Shown: piece after piece, positions 13,294-22,406 of the stretch
Layout: every line of letters begins with the position of its first letter
Numbering within the stretch: the stretch's first letter is position 1
Assembly (NCBI GenBank): GCA_963666115.2
Contig: CAXXET010000009.1
Coordinates: 1 to 49,602 of the forward strand
Direction of reading: 5' to 3'
Length of the DNA: 49,602 nt
DNA from: Dehalococcoidia bacterium
GTDB lineage: Bacteria > Chloroflexota > Dehalococcoidia > UBA6926
Translations under genes and position numbers: made by a program
Notes under the pieces: generated by a model
Seen by the model: the letters and a program-made list of their open reading frames with translations, nothing else
Told to the model about the DNA's origin: nothing
The model's database searches: none

Positions 13294-15603
13294 CTACATG
13301 CGGCGGCGTGGGGGGCGGTCACCCTCGGGGCGGCGGTCGCGGTCACCTTCGCGGCGGGGGCGGTCTCGGTCGCCGCCATCCGGCCTGCGGCGGGGCGGGC
13401 GGCCGTTGCCACCGGGCTGCGGGCCGCGATCACGGTCGCCAAAGCGGCGTCCGCCGCCGTCGCTGCGGCCCTGCCGTTGATCGAACGGCGCGCCGGTGTT
13501 CAGTTCCGCGCCCTCCGGCGGTGTCTCGGAGTCAGGATCGATCAGGGCGCGGCGGGAGAGGCGGATGCGGCCCGTCGGGTCGATGTCCGTGACGAGAACC
13601 TCGACCTCATCGCCAACCTTGATGACGTCCTCGACGCTGCCCACGCGGTAGTGCGCCAGCTCGGAAATGTGCACCATGCCGTCGCGGCCGGGGGCGATTT
13701 CAATGAACGCGCCGAAATCGGTCGTGCGGACAACCTTGCCCTTGAAAGACTCGCCGACCTCGATGTCCTTGGTCAGCCGCTCGATCATGCCGATGGCCCT
13801 GTCCGCAATGTCGCCGTCCGCCGCGCCGACGAACACCGTGCCGTCGTTCTCCACGTCGACGGTCGCGCCGGTCTCTTCGACAATGCTGCGGATGGTCTTG
13901 CCACCGGGGCCGATGAGCGCGCCGATGCGCTCCGGGTTGATCTGGATGCGCGTCATGCGCGGCGCGAACGGGCTCATTTCAGCCCGGGTTTCCGCGATGG
14001 TCTCGCTCATGTGGGCAAGGAGTTCAAGCCGGGCGGTTTTGGCCTGGTCAAGGGCCTGCTCCATGATCTCATCCGTAATGCCGGTGAGCTTGATGTCCAT
14101 CTGCAGGGCCGTGACACCCTCCGCGGTGCCCGCCACCTTGAAGTCCATATCGCCAAGGTGGTCTTCGAGTCCCTGGATGTCCGTGAGGACGGCATACGCG
14201 CCCGTCTTGTCCGTGACGAGGCCCATTGCGATGCCGGCGACAGGCGCCTTGATGGGCACGCCGGCGTCCATCAGTGACAGCGTGCTGGAGCAGACGCTGG
14301 CCATGGACGTGCTGCCGTTGGAGCCGAGCACGTCTGAGACGAGGCGCAGGGTGTAGGGGAACTCCATTTCGCCGGGGATGACGGGGAGGAGGGCGCGCTC
14401 GGCGAGCGCGCCGTGGCCGATCTCGCGGCGGCCGCGCGTGCCGACGCGGCGCGCCTCGCCGACGGAGTACGGCGGGAAGTTGTAGTGGTGGAGATACCGC
14501 TTGGTATCCACGGGTGTGAGCGAATCGATCTTCTGGGCGTCCGCGAGGGGGCCGAGCGTCGTGACGTTCAGCACCTGCGTCTCGCCCCGCTGGAACAGGG
14601 CGGAGCCGTGCGCGCGCGGCAGCACGCCTACCCTGCTGGTCAGCGGGCGAATTTGCGTATGCGTGCGTCCGTCCGGGCGCGTGCCGTTCAGGATGCTGGA
14701 GCGGACGGCGTCCGTGAACACGTCTTCAAAGACGTGGTTGATTGTCCCGGCATCGTGCTGCCCGGAGAGCTGCTCCAGCGTCTCATCGAGCAGCGCCTGC
14801 GTCGTCTCGTTGCGCTCGTGCCTGCCCAGGCCGGACGCCGCCTCCAGGAGTCGCTCGCCGACGAGCGACTCAATGGCATCGCGGACGGCGGAGTGGTCAT
14901 CGGGCTCGTCCAGGACGGCCTTGGGCTTGCCGCAGAGCGCCTGCAGCTCCTCCTGCATCTCGATGACGATGCGGTTGGCCTCCTGCCCTGCCTGCAGCGC
15001 CTGCCGCAGCACGGACTCGTCAACCTCATTCGCGCCCGCCTCAACCATGACGATGGCATCGCGCGAGCCCGCGATCACGAGATCGAGGTCGCTGTCATCG
15101 GCCTTGCTGTAGACGTTGTTGATGACGATTTCGCCATCGACGTAGCCGACGTGGCAGCCGCTCACGGGGCCCTCGAATGGGGCGTGGGAGATGGTGAGGG
15201 CGGCGGACGCGCCGATGATGCCCAGGGTGTCCAGCGCGTTCTCCCTGTCCGCCGAGAGGACGGTCAGGATGATCTGCACCTCGTTGCGGAGTCCCTTGGG
15301 GAACAGCGGGCGGATGGTGCGGTCCGTGATGCGCCCGGCGAGGATGGCCTCCGACCCCGGCCTGCCCTCCCGGCGGAAGAAGCTGCCGGGAATCTTGCCG
15401 ATGGCGTAGTGCCGCTCCTCCAGGTCCACGGTGAGGGGGAGGAAATCAATGCCCTCGCGGGCGGTGGCGGCCATGACGGCGGTGGCGAGGATGATGGTAT
15501 CGCCGTAGCGGACGGTAACCGCGCCGCTGGCCTGCTGGGCGAGTTCGCCCGTCTCAATGGTGAGTGTTCGTCCTGCGAGCTCGCGCTCGACTTTGTGAAT
15601 CAT
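13294..15603 (-). CDS. pnp: polyribonucleotide nucleotidyltransferase (PNPase)
   Basis: [55 protein letters not shown] and S1 domains, R/G/D-rich tail. Confidence 0.99.
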   Translation of the reverse strand: MIHKVERELAGRTLTIETGELAQQASGAVTVRYGDTIILATAVMAATAREGIDFLPLTVDLEERHYAIGKIPGSFFRREGRPGSEAILAGRITDRTIRPLFPKGLRNEVQIILTVLSADRENALDTLGIIGASAALTISHAPFEGPVSGCHVGYVDGEIVINNVYSKADDSDLDLVIAGSRDAIVMVEAGANEVDESVLRQALQAGQEANRIVIEMQEELQALCGKPKAVLDEPDDHSAVRDAIESLVGERLLEAASGLGRHERNETTQALLDETLEQLSGQHDAGTINHVFEDVFTDAVRSSILNGTRPDGRTHTQIRPLTSRVGVLPRAHGSALFQRGETQVLNVTTLGPLADAQKIDSLTPVDTKRYLHHYNFPPYSVGEARRVGTRGRREIGHGALAERALLPVIPGEMEFPYTLRLVSDVLGSNGSTSMASVCSSTLSLMDAGVPIKAPVAGIAMGLVTDKTGAYAVLTDIQGLEDHLGDMDFKVAGTAEGVTALQMDIKLTGITDEIMEQALDQAKTARLELLAHMSETIAETRAEMSPFAPRMTRIQINPERIGALIGPGGKTIRSIVEETGATVDVENDGTVFVGAADGDIADRAIGMIERLTKDIEVGESFKGKVVRTTDFGAFIEIAPGRDGMVHISELAHYRVGSVEDVIKVGDEVEVLVTDIDPTGRIRLSRRALIDPDSETPPEGAELNTGAPFDQRQGRSDGGGRRFGDRDRGPQPGGNGRPPRRRPDGGDRDRPRREGDRDRRPEGDRPPRRRM

Positions 15604-15655
15604 GCCGTTCTACTCTCCTGCGCTCTCACGCCGGAGGAAGACGGAGCCGTATCGA

Positions 15656-15919
15656 CTATCTGCGTAGGCCGAGCGACGCAATGAGGGACTGGTATCGTCC
15701 AACGTCTTTTCGGCGGAGGTAACGGAGCAGTCTGCGCCGCTGGCCAACGAGCATCAGCAGCCCTCTCCGTGTCGCATGGTCGTGGCGGTGGACTTGCAAA
15801 TGGGCGGTCAGGTCGCTGATGCGCCTGCTCAGGACTGCAACCTGCACCTCTGTGGAACCGGTATCTGTTGGGTGTCCCCTGTATTCTTCAATGATTTGGG
15901 ACTTCGTCTGCCGATCCAA
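15656..15919 (-). CDS. rpsO: 30S ribosomal protein S15
   Basis: [36 protein letters not shown]; TTG start with GGAGG RBS; classic rpsO-pnp order. Confidence 0.98.
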   Translation of the reverse strand: MDRQTKSQIIEEYRGHPTDTGSTEVQVAVLSRRISDLTAHLQVHRHDHATRRGLLMLVGQRRRLLRYLRRKDVGRYQSLIASLGLRR

Positions 15920-15978
15920 ACTGCCTCCGCCGTGGGCTATCGCCGTTCCTCTGTTCTTTCTCTTCCGTGTTCCATTCG

Positions 15979-15987
15979 AGTATAGCA
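15979..15987 (-). promoter_or_regulatory. extended -10 element of the rpsO-pnp promoter
   Basis: TGCTATACT on the minus strand about 60 nt upstream of rpsO. Confidence 0.45.
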
Positions 15988-15993
15988 GAACAT

Positions 15994-16008
15994 AAAGCGC
16001 GAGGGGTC
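15994..16008. repeat. 15-bp direct repeat, left boundary of the GH3/HDO-enolase cassette
   Basis: AAAGCGCGAGGGGTC, identical to 19631-19645. Confidence 0.85.
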
Positions 16009-16047
16009 ATATGGAAAACAGACTCGCCACGCCCATGGAGCCGTCAG

Positions 16048-17709
16048 TCACAACGTCAACTCTTGTCTAACTTCGGATTCGTCCGCGTCATCCCCGGCAA
16101 GGGCCAGCAGGGCATCCTTGTACTGGACGTCACGGACGGCGGAGGCCATCTTGGCAGCGAGGCGGCGCGATGACCATCCGGCCTCCATAACTTGCAGGAG
16201 CGGGGGATGGAGCCGGCCTGAGCCTCGCTTCTGTTCGTATTCGATGTTGAGGCGGGACATGCCCTCGTCGATCGCTCGCCCCAGGCGGATGATTGCGTCA
16301 TCCGGCGCGGCGGCGTCCCGCAGTTCCAGTTGCAGGCTGTAGCGGTTGTCAGCGGGATGTCCGAGGGCGCGGAAGTACTCGACAGTCACGCCTGTGTCTG
16401 CCTGCGCCGCGCGCACGGCCTCAATGAGCTGGCCAACGTGGAGTTTCTCCCCTTCCAGGCTCAACATATCCCTGCCCTTGCGCACGAACTCGATCTTTGG
16501 AGTCCGGTTGTGGAAGCCGTTCACACGGACGACATCATTGATGTCATATCGATAGAGGCCGCTCTGGGTCGTCACGATGACGTAGTAGATGCCGCCGTCT
16601 TCAAGCTGGCCGGCGGTGAGGATAGGAGGGTTGGGAGAATCAATCTCATCGTCCGGGATGAACTCGTAGACGTTGCCGGTGATGGCGAGAATCCCACGGG
16701 AGCCTTCGTCCTCGATGGGCAGGGTGAAATTCGCCTCGCTGGCAAGAAAGCCGAGATCGCGGAAAGCCATGCCGTCCGGGAACCAGGGGCGTAGACGATC
16801 AACGGTCGCGCCAACGCTCCCGCCCTTCCAGCAGCCCACGAGCGCCAGGCGCGGCCAATAATCGCGCGGCCTCAGCGCCTGCTCGCGGCTGAGGATAGCG
16901 TCCAACTCAGCGGCGCGGGCGCGGTTGGGGCGCAATCCGGCTGTCAGTTCAGCGCGCAGCCCGGGCTCAATCTCAGCGTCTCCGGAGATCGCGCCATCGT
17001 GAATGTCACGGATGAGGCTCTGGGCGTTTGCGTTGGCGGTGTCTGCAAGACGAAGGATGGTGGAGGGGTTGGGAGACGCGATGAGCGACAACTGCTGCTC
17101 GACGGCAAAGCGCATAATCGTGTAGTACTTGGCCTCGTAGTTCTTGATCCCAAACACGGGATAGGGAACGGCGTAGCGTCGCCGCACCATCCACGCAGCG
17201 TTGCGGTAGATGAAACCCGACGCCGAGCCATACGGGATACCGCTGTCTGTGTACCCCTCGATGGCCGGACTGACGATGATCAGCGCCTTGTGGTCAAGGA
17301 CGCGCGGGTGGTCAACCATGTTGCGGTACAGCCACAGGCGGGACAGCGCGCTGACGAACGCACTCGTGGCCGACGTGACGGGAATGAGCTTGGGCTGGCC
17401 GGCCGTTCCGCTCGTCATGGCAAACAGGTACGGGTCGTCTTGTGTCAGGACGTGGCGCTCGCCATCCATGATGCGATCCACCCAGGGACGAACAACCTCA
17501 AAATCGCCAATTTGCACGGCATCGCGGTACTCCTCAAACTCGTTGATCGACGCGAATTCACGTTCACGCCCAAATGACGTTTCCGCGTTGGACGCCAGGA
17601 TGCGCTGCAGTAGGCGGAGCTGAATGGCGTCGGGCTCACGCGTGGCGCGGTCGAAAGACCTCCACGCCAAACCGCCCTGCAAACCGAGAAGTCGAGATAC
17701 AACAGACAT
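16048..17709 (-). CDS. GH3-family (GH3 auxin-responsive-like) acyl-adenylate/amide synthetase
   Basis: GH3 motifs MTSGTAGQPKLIP, GFLASEA and GLYRYDINDVV; N-terminal QLRLLQRILASNAETSFGRE; 553 aa. Confidence 0.9.
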   Translation of the reverse strand: MSVVSRLLGLQGGLAWRSFDRATREPDAIQLRLLQRILASNAETSFGREREFASINEFEEYRDAVQIGDFEVVRPWVDRIMDGERHVLTQDDPYLFAMTSGTAGQPKLIPVTSATSAFVSALSRLWLYRNMVDHPRVLDHKALIIVSPAIEGYTDSGIPYGSASGFIYRNAAWMVRRRYAVPYPVFGIKNYEAKYYTIMRFAVEQQLSLIASPNPSTILRLADTANANAQSLIRDIHDGAISGDAEIEPGLRAELTAGLRPNRARAAELDAILSREQALRPRDYWPRLALVGCWKGGSVGATVDRLRPWFPDGMAFRDLGFLASEANFTLPIEDEGSRGILAITGNVYEFIPDDEIDSPNPPILTAGQLEDGGIYYVIVTTQSGLYRYDINDVVRVNGFHNRTPKIEFVRKGRDMLSLEGEKLHVGQLIEAVRAAQADTGVTVEYFRALGHPADNRYSLQLELRDAAAPDDAIIRLGRAIDEGMSRLNIEYEQKRGSGRLHPPLLQVMEAGWSSRRLAAKMASAVRDVQYKDALLALAGDDADESEVRQELTL

Positions 17710-17717
17710 GAACGCTC

Positions 17718-19577
17718 CTAGGATTCTATCGTTATCTTCTCGTGTGCCAGGCGTTCCAGCGCACCCTCATTCACTGCAACGCCAAGTCCGGGGCCCGGCA
17801 GCAGTTCCCCGCGTCCCTCGTATCCGAACATGACCGGTTCAAACGTGATGTCCTCGCTCAGCAGGTGTGTTCCGAATGAGCCTTCAACGTACTCGATGGA
17901 TGGCACGTGGGCGGCCAGGGCGCGCCCCGCCGCAGATAGAAGTGACGTTTCACCCACTTGCGCGCCGATCTGAACCCAAATTCCCGCCTCGGCGGCCATT
18001 TGGGCGATGCGCGCCGATGCAATCAGCCCGCCGCACTTAGAGATGCGGATATTGAACACGTCGCAGGCATTGGCGGCGATGAGCGCCGCCGCGTTGTCCT
18101 CCGTGACAAGGGACTCATCCGCGATGACGCGGAGGCCCGTCTGCTCTCGAACCTGCCGCATTCCGTCCAGGTCGGCGGCGGCAACCGGCTGCTCCACGGC
18201 GTCAATGTTGTAGGGCGCGAGCGCGTTGAGAGCGGCAACAGCGGCGCCGGCAGACCAGACGCCGTTGGCATCCACGCGAATCTCAACGTCATCGCCCACG
18301 GCCTCCCGCACGGCCCGCAGACGCGCTGCGTCATCATCGATTCCGACCTTTACCTTGATGGAGTTCATCCCGGCCTGCGTAAAGCGGCGGGCCATCTGCG
18401 CCGCGGCGGCGGGGTCTGAGGCATCGATGACGCCGGTATAGGTCACGCTGGAGCGGGCGGGCGGCAGCCAGGCCATGACGGACTGCCCTGCTCGCTGGAA
18501 CGCCCAATCGAGGAGGGCGAGTTCCAGCGCGCACGCCGTGGCGTTCCATGCGACGATGCCGGCGGACAGCGGCCGATTCCGTTTCCATTCCGTGAGAAAC
18601 TCGTCGATTTGCGGCACGGCGTCCGTGCCGGAATCAATCGTCATGCCAAGCGCCTGGGGCCCAAGATCATCAAGGAGAGCCGCAACGACGCCCTCAACGT
18701 CCTCTCCCGTGACATAGGGGCGAGGGAGGGATTCGCCGTAGCCGACCACACCGTCGTCGCCATGAACACGCACGATGATCGCGTCGCTCTCCACGCGGCT
18801 CATCGTGGAATGCGTAAATGCCTGCTGGAACGGGATGCGGAGCGGCAGGATATCGATGGCGCGTATCCCGCTCGCGCCCTGGCGCGGGGCGGCGTCGGAA
18901 CCCGGCGGGAAGTAGCGATTCAACACCACGTTCTCCGCGAACGTCCGCCGCGCAATCTGCTCAAACTCTTCCGGCGCGAAGCGGTAATGGGAGGCGTAGC
19001 CAAGGATGGCTTCTTGCCCCTCTTCAGCATGGCGAATGTCAACCTCGCCATGCAGCGTGAACCACATGACGGCTTCAGGCGTAAGCCCGTAGTGCGTGGT
19101 GAGCGCCTTGGCCATGCCGTCGCTGAACCGGGAGAGGAAATACTCAAAGGCGACGTTCTCAAGCAGGACGGCAAGTCCGAACTCCCGCATCGTCTGGTAC
19201 GGGACGGGAGACGAGATGAATGCCCGGCGCTCCTCATCAGCCTCCGCGTGGATGCGAATCAGGTCCTGTTCCGAGTAGCCGAGTCCGCGCGCAAGGTCCT
19301 CCACGAGTTCCGGATGCGATTTCCCGCTCTCCTCAAACCCCATTTCTTCAAGCAGGTTCTCCTTGATCGCCTCCATAACCTGCGGCGGGGCGATGGACGT
19401 GAGGAAGGCGAGAATCTGCACGGAGTTGAGATGCGTAACAATGAACCGCCGGAAGAACGCCTGCATATCGTCGCGCGACATAACGCCGTCCAACAGGCTG
19501 CGCAAGCGGGGATCGGCGAGGGCCTCAGCCGTCGTTTTCTCCATCAGCCCACGAACGGTCATCTCTGCGGACGCCAT
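17718..19577 (-). CDS. fusion: heme-oxygenase-like diiron oxidase (CADD/PqqC/TenA fold) + enolase-superfamily (MLE subgroup) enzyme
   Basis: N-terminal domain ENLLEEMG..SHPEL and WFTLHGEVDIRHAEEG (H-x3-D-x2-H). C-terminal domain GYGES.PRPYVTGE, IKVKVG, RVDANG, VEQP, ADES, NIRISKCGG. Confidence 0.85.
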   Translation of the reverse strand: MASAEMTVRGLMEKTTAEALADPRLRSLLDGVMSRDDMQAFFRRFIVTHLNSVQILAFLTSIAPPQVMEAIKENLLEEMGFEESGKSHPELVEDLARGLGYSEQDLIRIHAEADEERRAFISSPVPYQTMREFGLAVLLENVAFEYFLSRFSDGMAKALTTHYGLTPEAVMWFTLHGEVDIRHAEEGQEAILGYASHYRFAPEEFEQIARRTFAENVVLNRYFPPGSDAAPRQGASGIRAIDILPLRIPFQQAFTHSTMSRVESDAIIVRVHGDDGVVGYGESLPRPYVTGEDVEGVVAALLDDLGPQALGMTIDSGTDAVPQIDEFLTEWKRNRPLSAGIVAWNATACALELALLDWAFQRAGQSVMAWLPPARSSVTYTGVIDASDPAAAAQMARRFTQAGMNSIKVKVGIDDDAARLRAVREAVGDDVEIRVDANGVWSAGAAVAALNALAPYNIDAVEQPVAAADLDGMRQVREQTGLRVIADESLVTEDNAAALIAANACDVFNIRISKCGGLIASARIAQMAAEAGIWVQIGAQVGETSLLSAAGRALAAHVPSIEYVEGSFGTHLLSEDITFEPVMFGYEGRGELLPGPGLGVAVNEGALERLAHEKITIES

Positions 19578-19629
19578 TCAATCCTCCCCCCGCCAAAGAG
19601 CACTACACCACTATATGAGCATAGGACTG

Positions 19630-19675
19630 AAAAGCGCGAGGGGTCGATGACCGGGGCGGGCCATCGACCCCTCGC
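19630..19675 (-). terminator. rho-independent terminator after the metal-binding lipoprotein gene
   Basis: 14-bp perfect stem GCGAGGGGTCGATG/CATCGACCCCTCGC followed by GCTTTT on the minus strand. Confidence 0.75.
19631..19645. repeat. 15-bp direct repeat, right boundary of the cassette
   Basis: AAAGCGCGAGGGGTC, identical to 15994-16008; overlaps the terminator arm. Confidence 0.85.
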
Positions 19676-19705
19676 TGAGGAGGAGGCGGTTGGAGTGTTT
19701 GGGTG

Positions 19706-22150
19706 TTAGCTGAGCGCCTCTACCATGATTTCGACGTTTGAGCGAACCATGGTGACGTAGGTGTCCGCGCCGCTGCCCGCCGCGCCGAGAGCGCCGGAGA
19801 AGAGGGTGAAGAATCGCGCTCCGGTCTCGTCAGCGATGGCGCGGGCGAGCCGCTCCGAAACGGTATTCTCGCCGAAGACGGCCTTCACGCCCTCATGCTC
19901 GATGATCTCGGTCAGTTCGGCGAGCCATTCTGCGGACGGCTCAACCTCCGTCGTTCCGGAGGGAATCACCGTTCCCACGATCTCGAAGCCGTACACGACT
20001 GCGAAGTAGCTGAATGCGTCGTGCGACGTTACGAGGATGCGGTTCGCGGCAGGGATTGTGGAGACCTGCTGCTGCGTCCACGCGTGGAGTTCACGCAGTT
20101 CCGTCACGAAGGCGGTCGTGTTCGCGGTGTACGTCGCGGCGCCGGCCGGGTCAATCATGCCCAAACGGGTGGCGATTTGAATGGCAGCGACCTCAACACG
20201 GTTCGGATCGAACCAGAAGTGAGGATCGAGCGATCCATGGTCGTGGGCATGGCCGTGTCCGTCTTCGTCGTCATGCTCATCCTCGTCATGGTCGTCGTCA
20301 TGATCGTCAGCGTGGTCGTCGTCATGATCGTCGGCGTGGTCATCGTCGCCGTGGTCATCTTCAGCGCCCAGTCCGACGAATGCCAGGTCGCGAGGCTCGC
20401 CGTCAATCTCCCACTCGTGCTCAATTTCTCCGTGTTCAAGGCTGAACGCAATGATGTGGCCGTCAACCCTGTCGGACAGGTAGAGCATGTCGCCAACGAC
20501 GATGAACGATGGAGAGGTATCGCTGTCGAACGCCTCCACCAGCTCATGGGTCTCCTCGACCTCGCCGTGCTCGGCGTGGATGACGTTCAGGAGTCCGTCG
20601 TAAGTCAGGACAAACAGTTCCTCGCCGTGAGCGTCGAACGCGGCATCGAGCACGCGCTTCTCGTCAGTTGCAGGCAGCACGAGCGACATTGAGCCGTCCT
20701 CGCCGTCCTCGGTGTCGATCATCCAGAACCCGCCGTTAAGGGAGACGCCATCCTGCCTGTACGAGGCAGAGCCGTAGAAGTACTCGGAATCGTCATGCCC
20801 CCACAGGGTGCCGATGCGGGCCGCCGGATTCATATCGTCCGGGTTTGCGATGAACGAATCCTCGTATTCGCCGAAATGGGCATGAATGAACAGCACGCCG
20901 CCGGTGCAGCCAAACGCCACGCCATGGGAGCTAACCGCCTCGCCATGGAGGCCCGGGCATGCGCGGGAGGCTCCGTCGTAGACGGGGTCTCCCTCAAGTG
21001 TCCAGACCTCTGCGCCCAGCGGGAGGCCGCTGGTTCCCGCAACGCTCGGGTAATCCGGGTTGTTGCTCGTCACCATGACGTAGCCCTCACCAAGAACGAT
21101 GCTTGCGCCGTGCTGCGGGCCGGCATCCAGCCAGAGCGGCTCGTAGTCGTTCAACTCCTCCACGAGGTCATGCTCTTCGAACAGGGCAACGCGCCCGGAG
21201 GCATCATGGAAGATTGACGTCCATCCGCTGTGCCGGCTGACGTGGGAGGGGCGCTCGTCGGTCGTTTCCAGGGTCAGCTTGGAAACGGGATCGGTCACGA
21301 GGTCAAAGTGGTCGCCGTGCTCCTCAAGGTAGACGCCGCCGTCAAGGATGTGGACGCGGTCGTCCGCGTCTCCTGGGCCTCGCGCCACGGCAAAGGCAAA
21401 GCGTCCGCTTGGGCTCGTATAGAGCGATGCAGCCGGGGCCGCCACGCGGATGATCTCCTGATCGAGGTCTTCGGTTGCCAGGTCCAGGACGGACAGGTAC
21501 GGCAGTACGCCATCCGCAATCAGGAGCCTGCCCATGACGGCGTGGTCTTCCTCGTCCTCATGGTCGTCATGATCATCGTCTTCGTGGTCATCATGATCGT
21601 CGTCGTGATCGTCATGGCCCATGCCCATATGGGCACCATGGGCGCCCGTCTCGGTGAACTCGATGGCGTCGATGGCTTCGCCGAGGACGACGATGCGGGA
21701 TTCATCGGGGCTGGCGTTGTGGATGAGCTCCTCAAGCCATGCGTCCTCAAGGCCAAGGCCGATGGACAGCACCAGATCGGCGTCAGCAACACGGGCAACG
21801 TCGCGCGCGCCGGGTTGGAAGGTGTGAGGGTCGGCGCCGGCAGGTAGCAGGCTTGTGACTTCCACGCGGTCGCCGCCAACCTGCCGCGCCCAGTCGGCAA
21901 CGATGCTGGTCGTCGCGACTACCTGGAGCGGCTCATGGTCCATCTGGGTATCCCCGGATGAGCCGGTCTGGTCTTGTCCAGCAGGAGTGCTTGTCGGCTG
22001 TGTCTGGGTTGTGTCGGACGCCGGAGTGGCCGTCGGATCCTCGTCGCTTTCGCACGCCGCGACGGCAAGAACCAGCGCAAGCGCGAGGATAAGAACCACC
22101 ATGCCGAAGGCTCGCGCCGCGCCCGGCATGTGTAACGGAAGAGTCTTCAT
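19706..22150 (-). CDS. ZnuA/AztC-type metal ABC substrate-binding lipoprotein with an inserted AztD-like domain
   Basis: Lipobox VAAC; VVATTSIVAD, ADPHTFQP, DPHFWFDP, TSHDAFSYFA; two H/D-rich tracts flank a ~390-aa insert containing EEHGDH and CPGLHGEA. Confidence 0.85.
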   Translation of the reverse strand: MKTLPLHMPGAARAFGMVVLILALALVLAVAACESDEDPTATPASDTTQTQPTSTPAGQDQTGSSGDTQMDHEPLQVVATTSIVADWARQVGGDRVEVTSLLPAGADPHTFQPGARDVARVADADLVLSIGLGLEDAWLEELIHNASPDESRIVVLGEAIDAIEFTETGAHGAHMGMGHDDHDDDHDDHEDDDHDDHEDEEDHAVMGRLLIADGVLPYLSVLDLATEDLDQEIIRVAAPAASLYTSPSGRFAFAVARGPGDADDRVHILDGGVYLEEHGDHFDLVTDPVSKLTLETTDERPSHVSRHSGWTSIFHDASGRVALFEEHDLVEELNDYEPLWLDAGPQHGASIVLGEGYVMVTSNNPDYPSVAGTSGLPLGAEVWTLEGDPVYDGASRACPGLHGEAVSSHGVAFGCTGGVLFIHAHFGEYEDSFIANPDDMNPAARIGTLWGHDDSEYFYGSASYRQDGVSLNGGFWMIDTEDGEDGSMSLVLPATDEKRVLDAAFDAHGEELFVLTYDGLLNVIHAEHGEVEETHELVEAFDSDTSPSFIVVGDMLYLSDRVDGHIIAFSLEHGEIEHEWEIDGEPRDLAFVGLGAEDDHGDDDHADDHDDDHADDHDDDHDEDEHDDEDGHGHAHDHGSLDPHFWFDPNRVEVAAIQIATRLGMIDPAGAATYTANTTAFVTELRELHAWTQQQVSTIPAANRILVTSHDAFSYFAVVYGFEIVGTVIPSGTTEVEPSAEWLAELTEIIEHEGVKAVFGENTVSERLARAIADETGARFFTLFSGALGAAGSGADTYVTMVRSNVEIMVEALS

Positions 22151-22238
22151 CGTGCCCCCTTACAGAACTATGTGGTGATACCTAGTATCGTATTCCCCAA
22201 GTAATCGGAGTCGCGCCCGTTCACAAGCGCGACTAAGT

Positions 22239-22305
22239 ACAGTACCCAAGCACGCATGGGGGTGTCAAATCTATTGAGATTGGCAAGCGTAGGGAGTCTC
22301 AATAG
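22239..22305 (-). promoter_or_regulatory. putative promoter plus inverted-repeat operator upstream of the metal-binding lipoprotein
   Basis: TTGACA-18 nt-TACTGT on the minus strand; CTATTGAGA-N17-TCTCAATAG inverted repeat at 22271-22305. Confidence 0.45.
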
Positions 22306-22406
22306 GCTGCATTCGGCGCGGCAAATGGTAGAGTAAATGACGGAAGTTCTCCGGCGAACTTGCCAGTCACGCGGTCACGGATAGCGTTTGTGGAAAGGAT
22401 TGTTTC

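Noticed and set aside
13251-13442. N-terminal extension of dapB in ORF 13101-13442
   Set aside because: It reads through the pnp 3' end and a REP element (CHSERSEES); the real start is ATG 13250.
15920-15978. S15 autoregulatory leader upstream of rpsO
   Set aside because: Plausible by position, but I could not support a specific structure by eye.
20236-21640. Short tandem TCGTCATGATCG-type repeats resembling an array
   Set aside because: They encode the His/Asp-rich loops of the metal-binding protein; no constant repeat/spacer structure, so not CRISPR.
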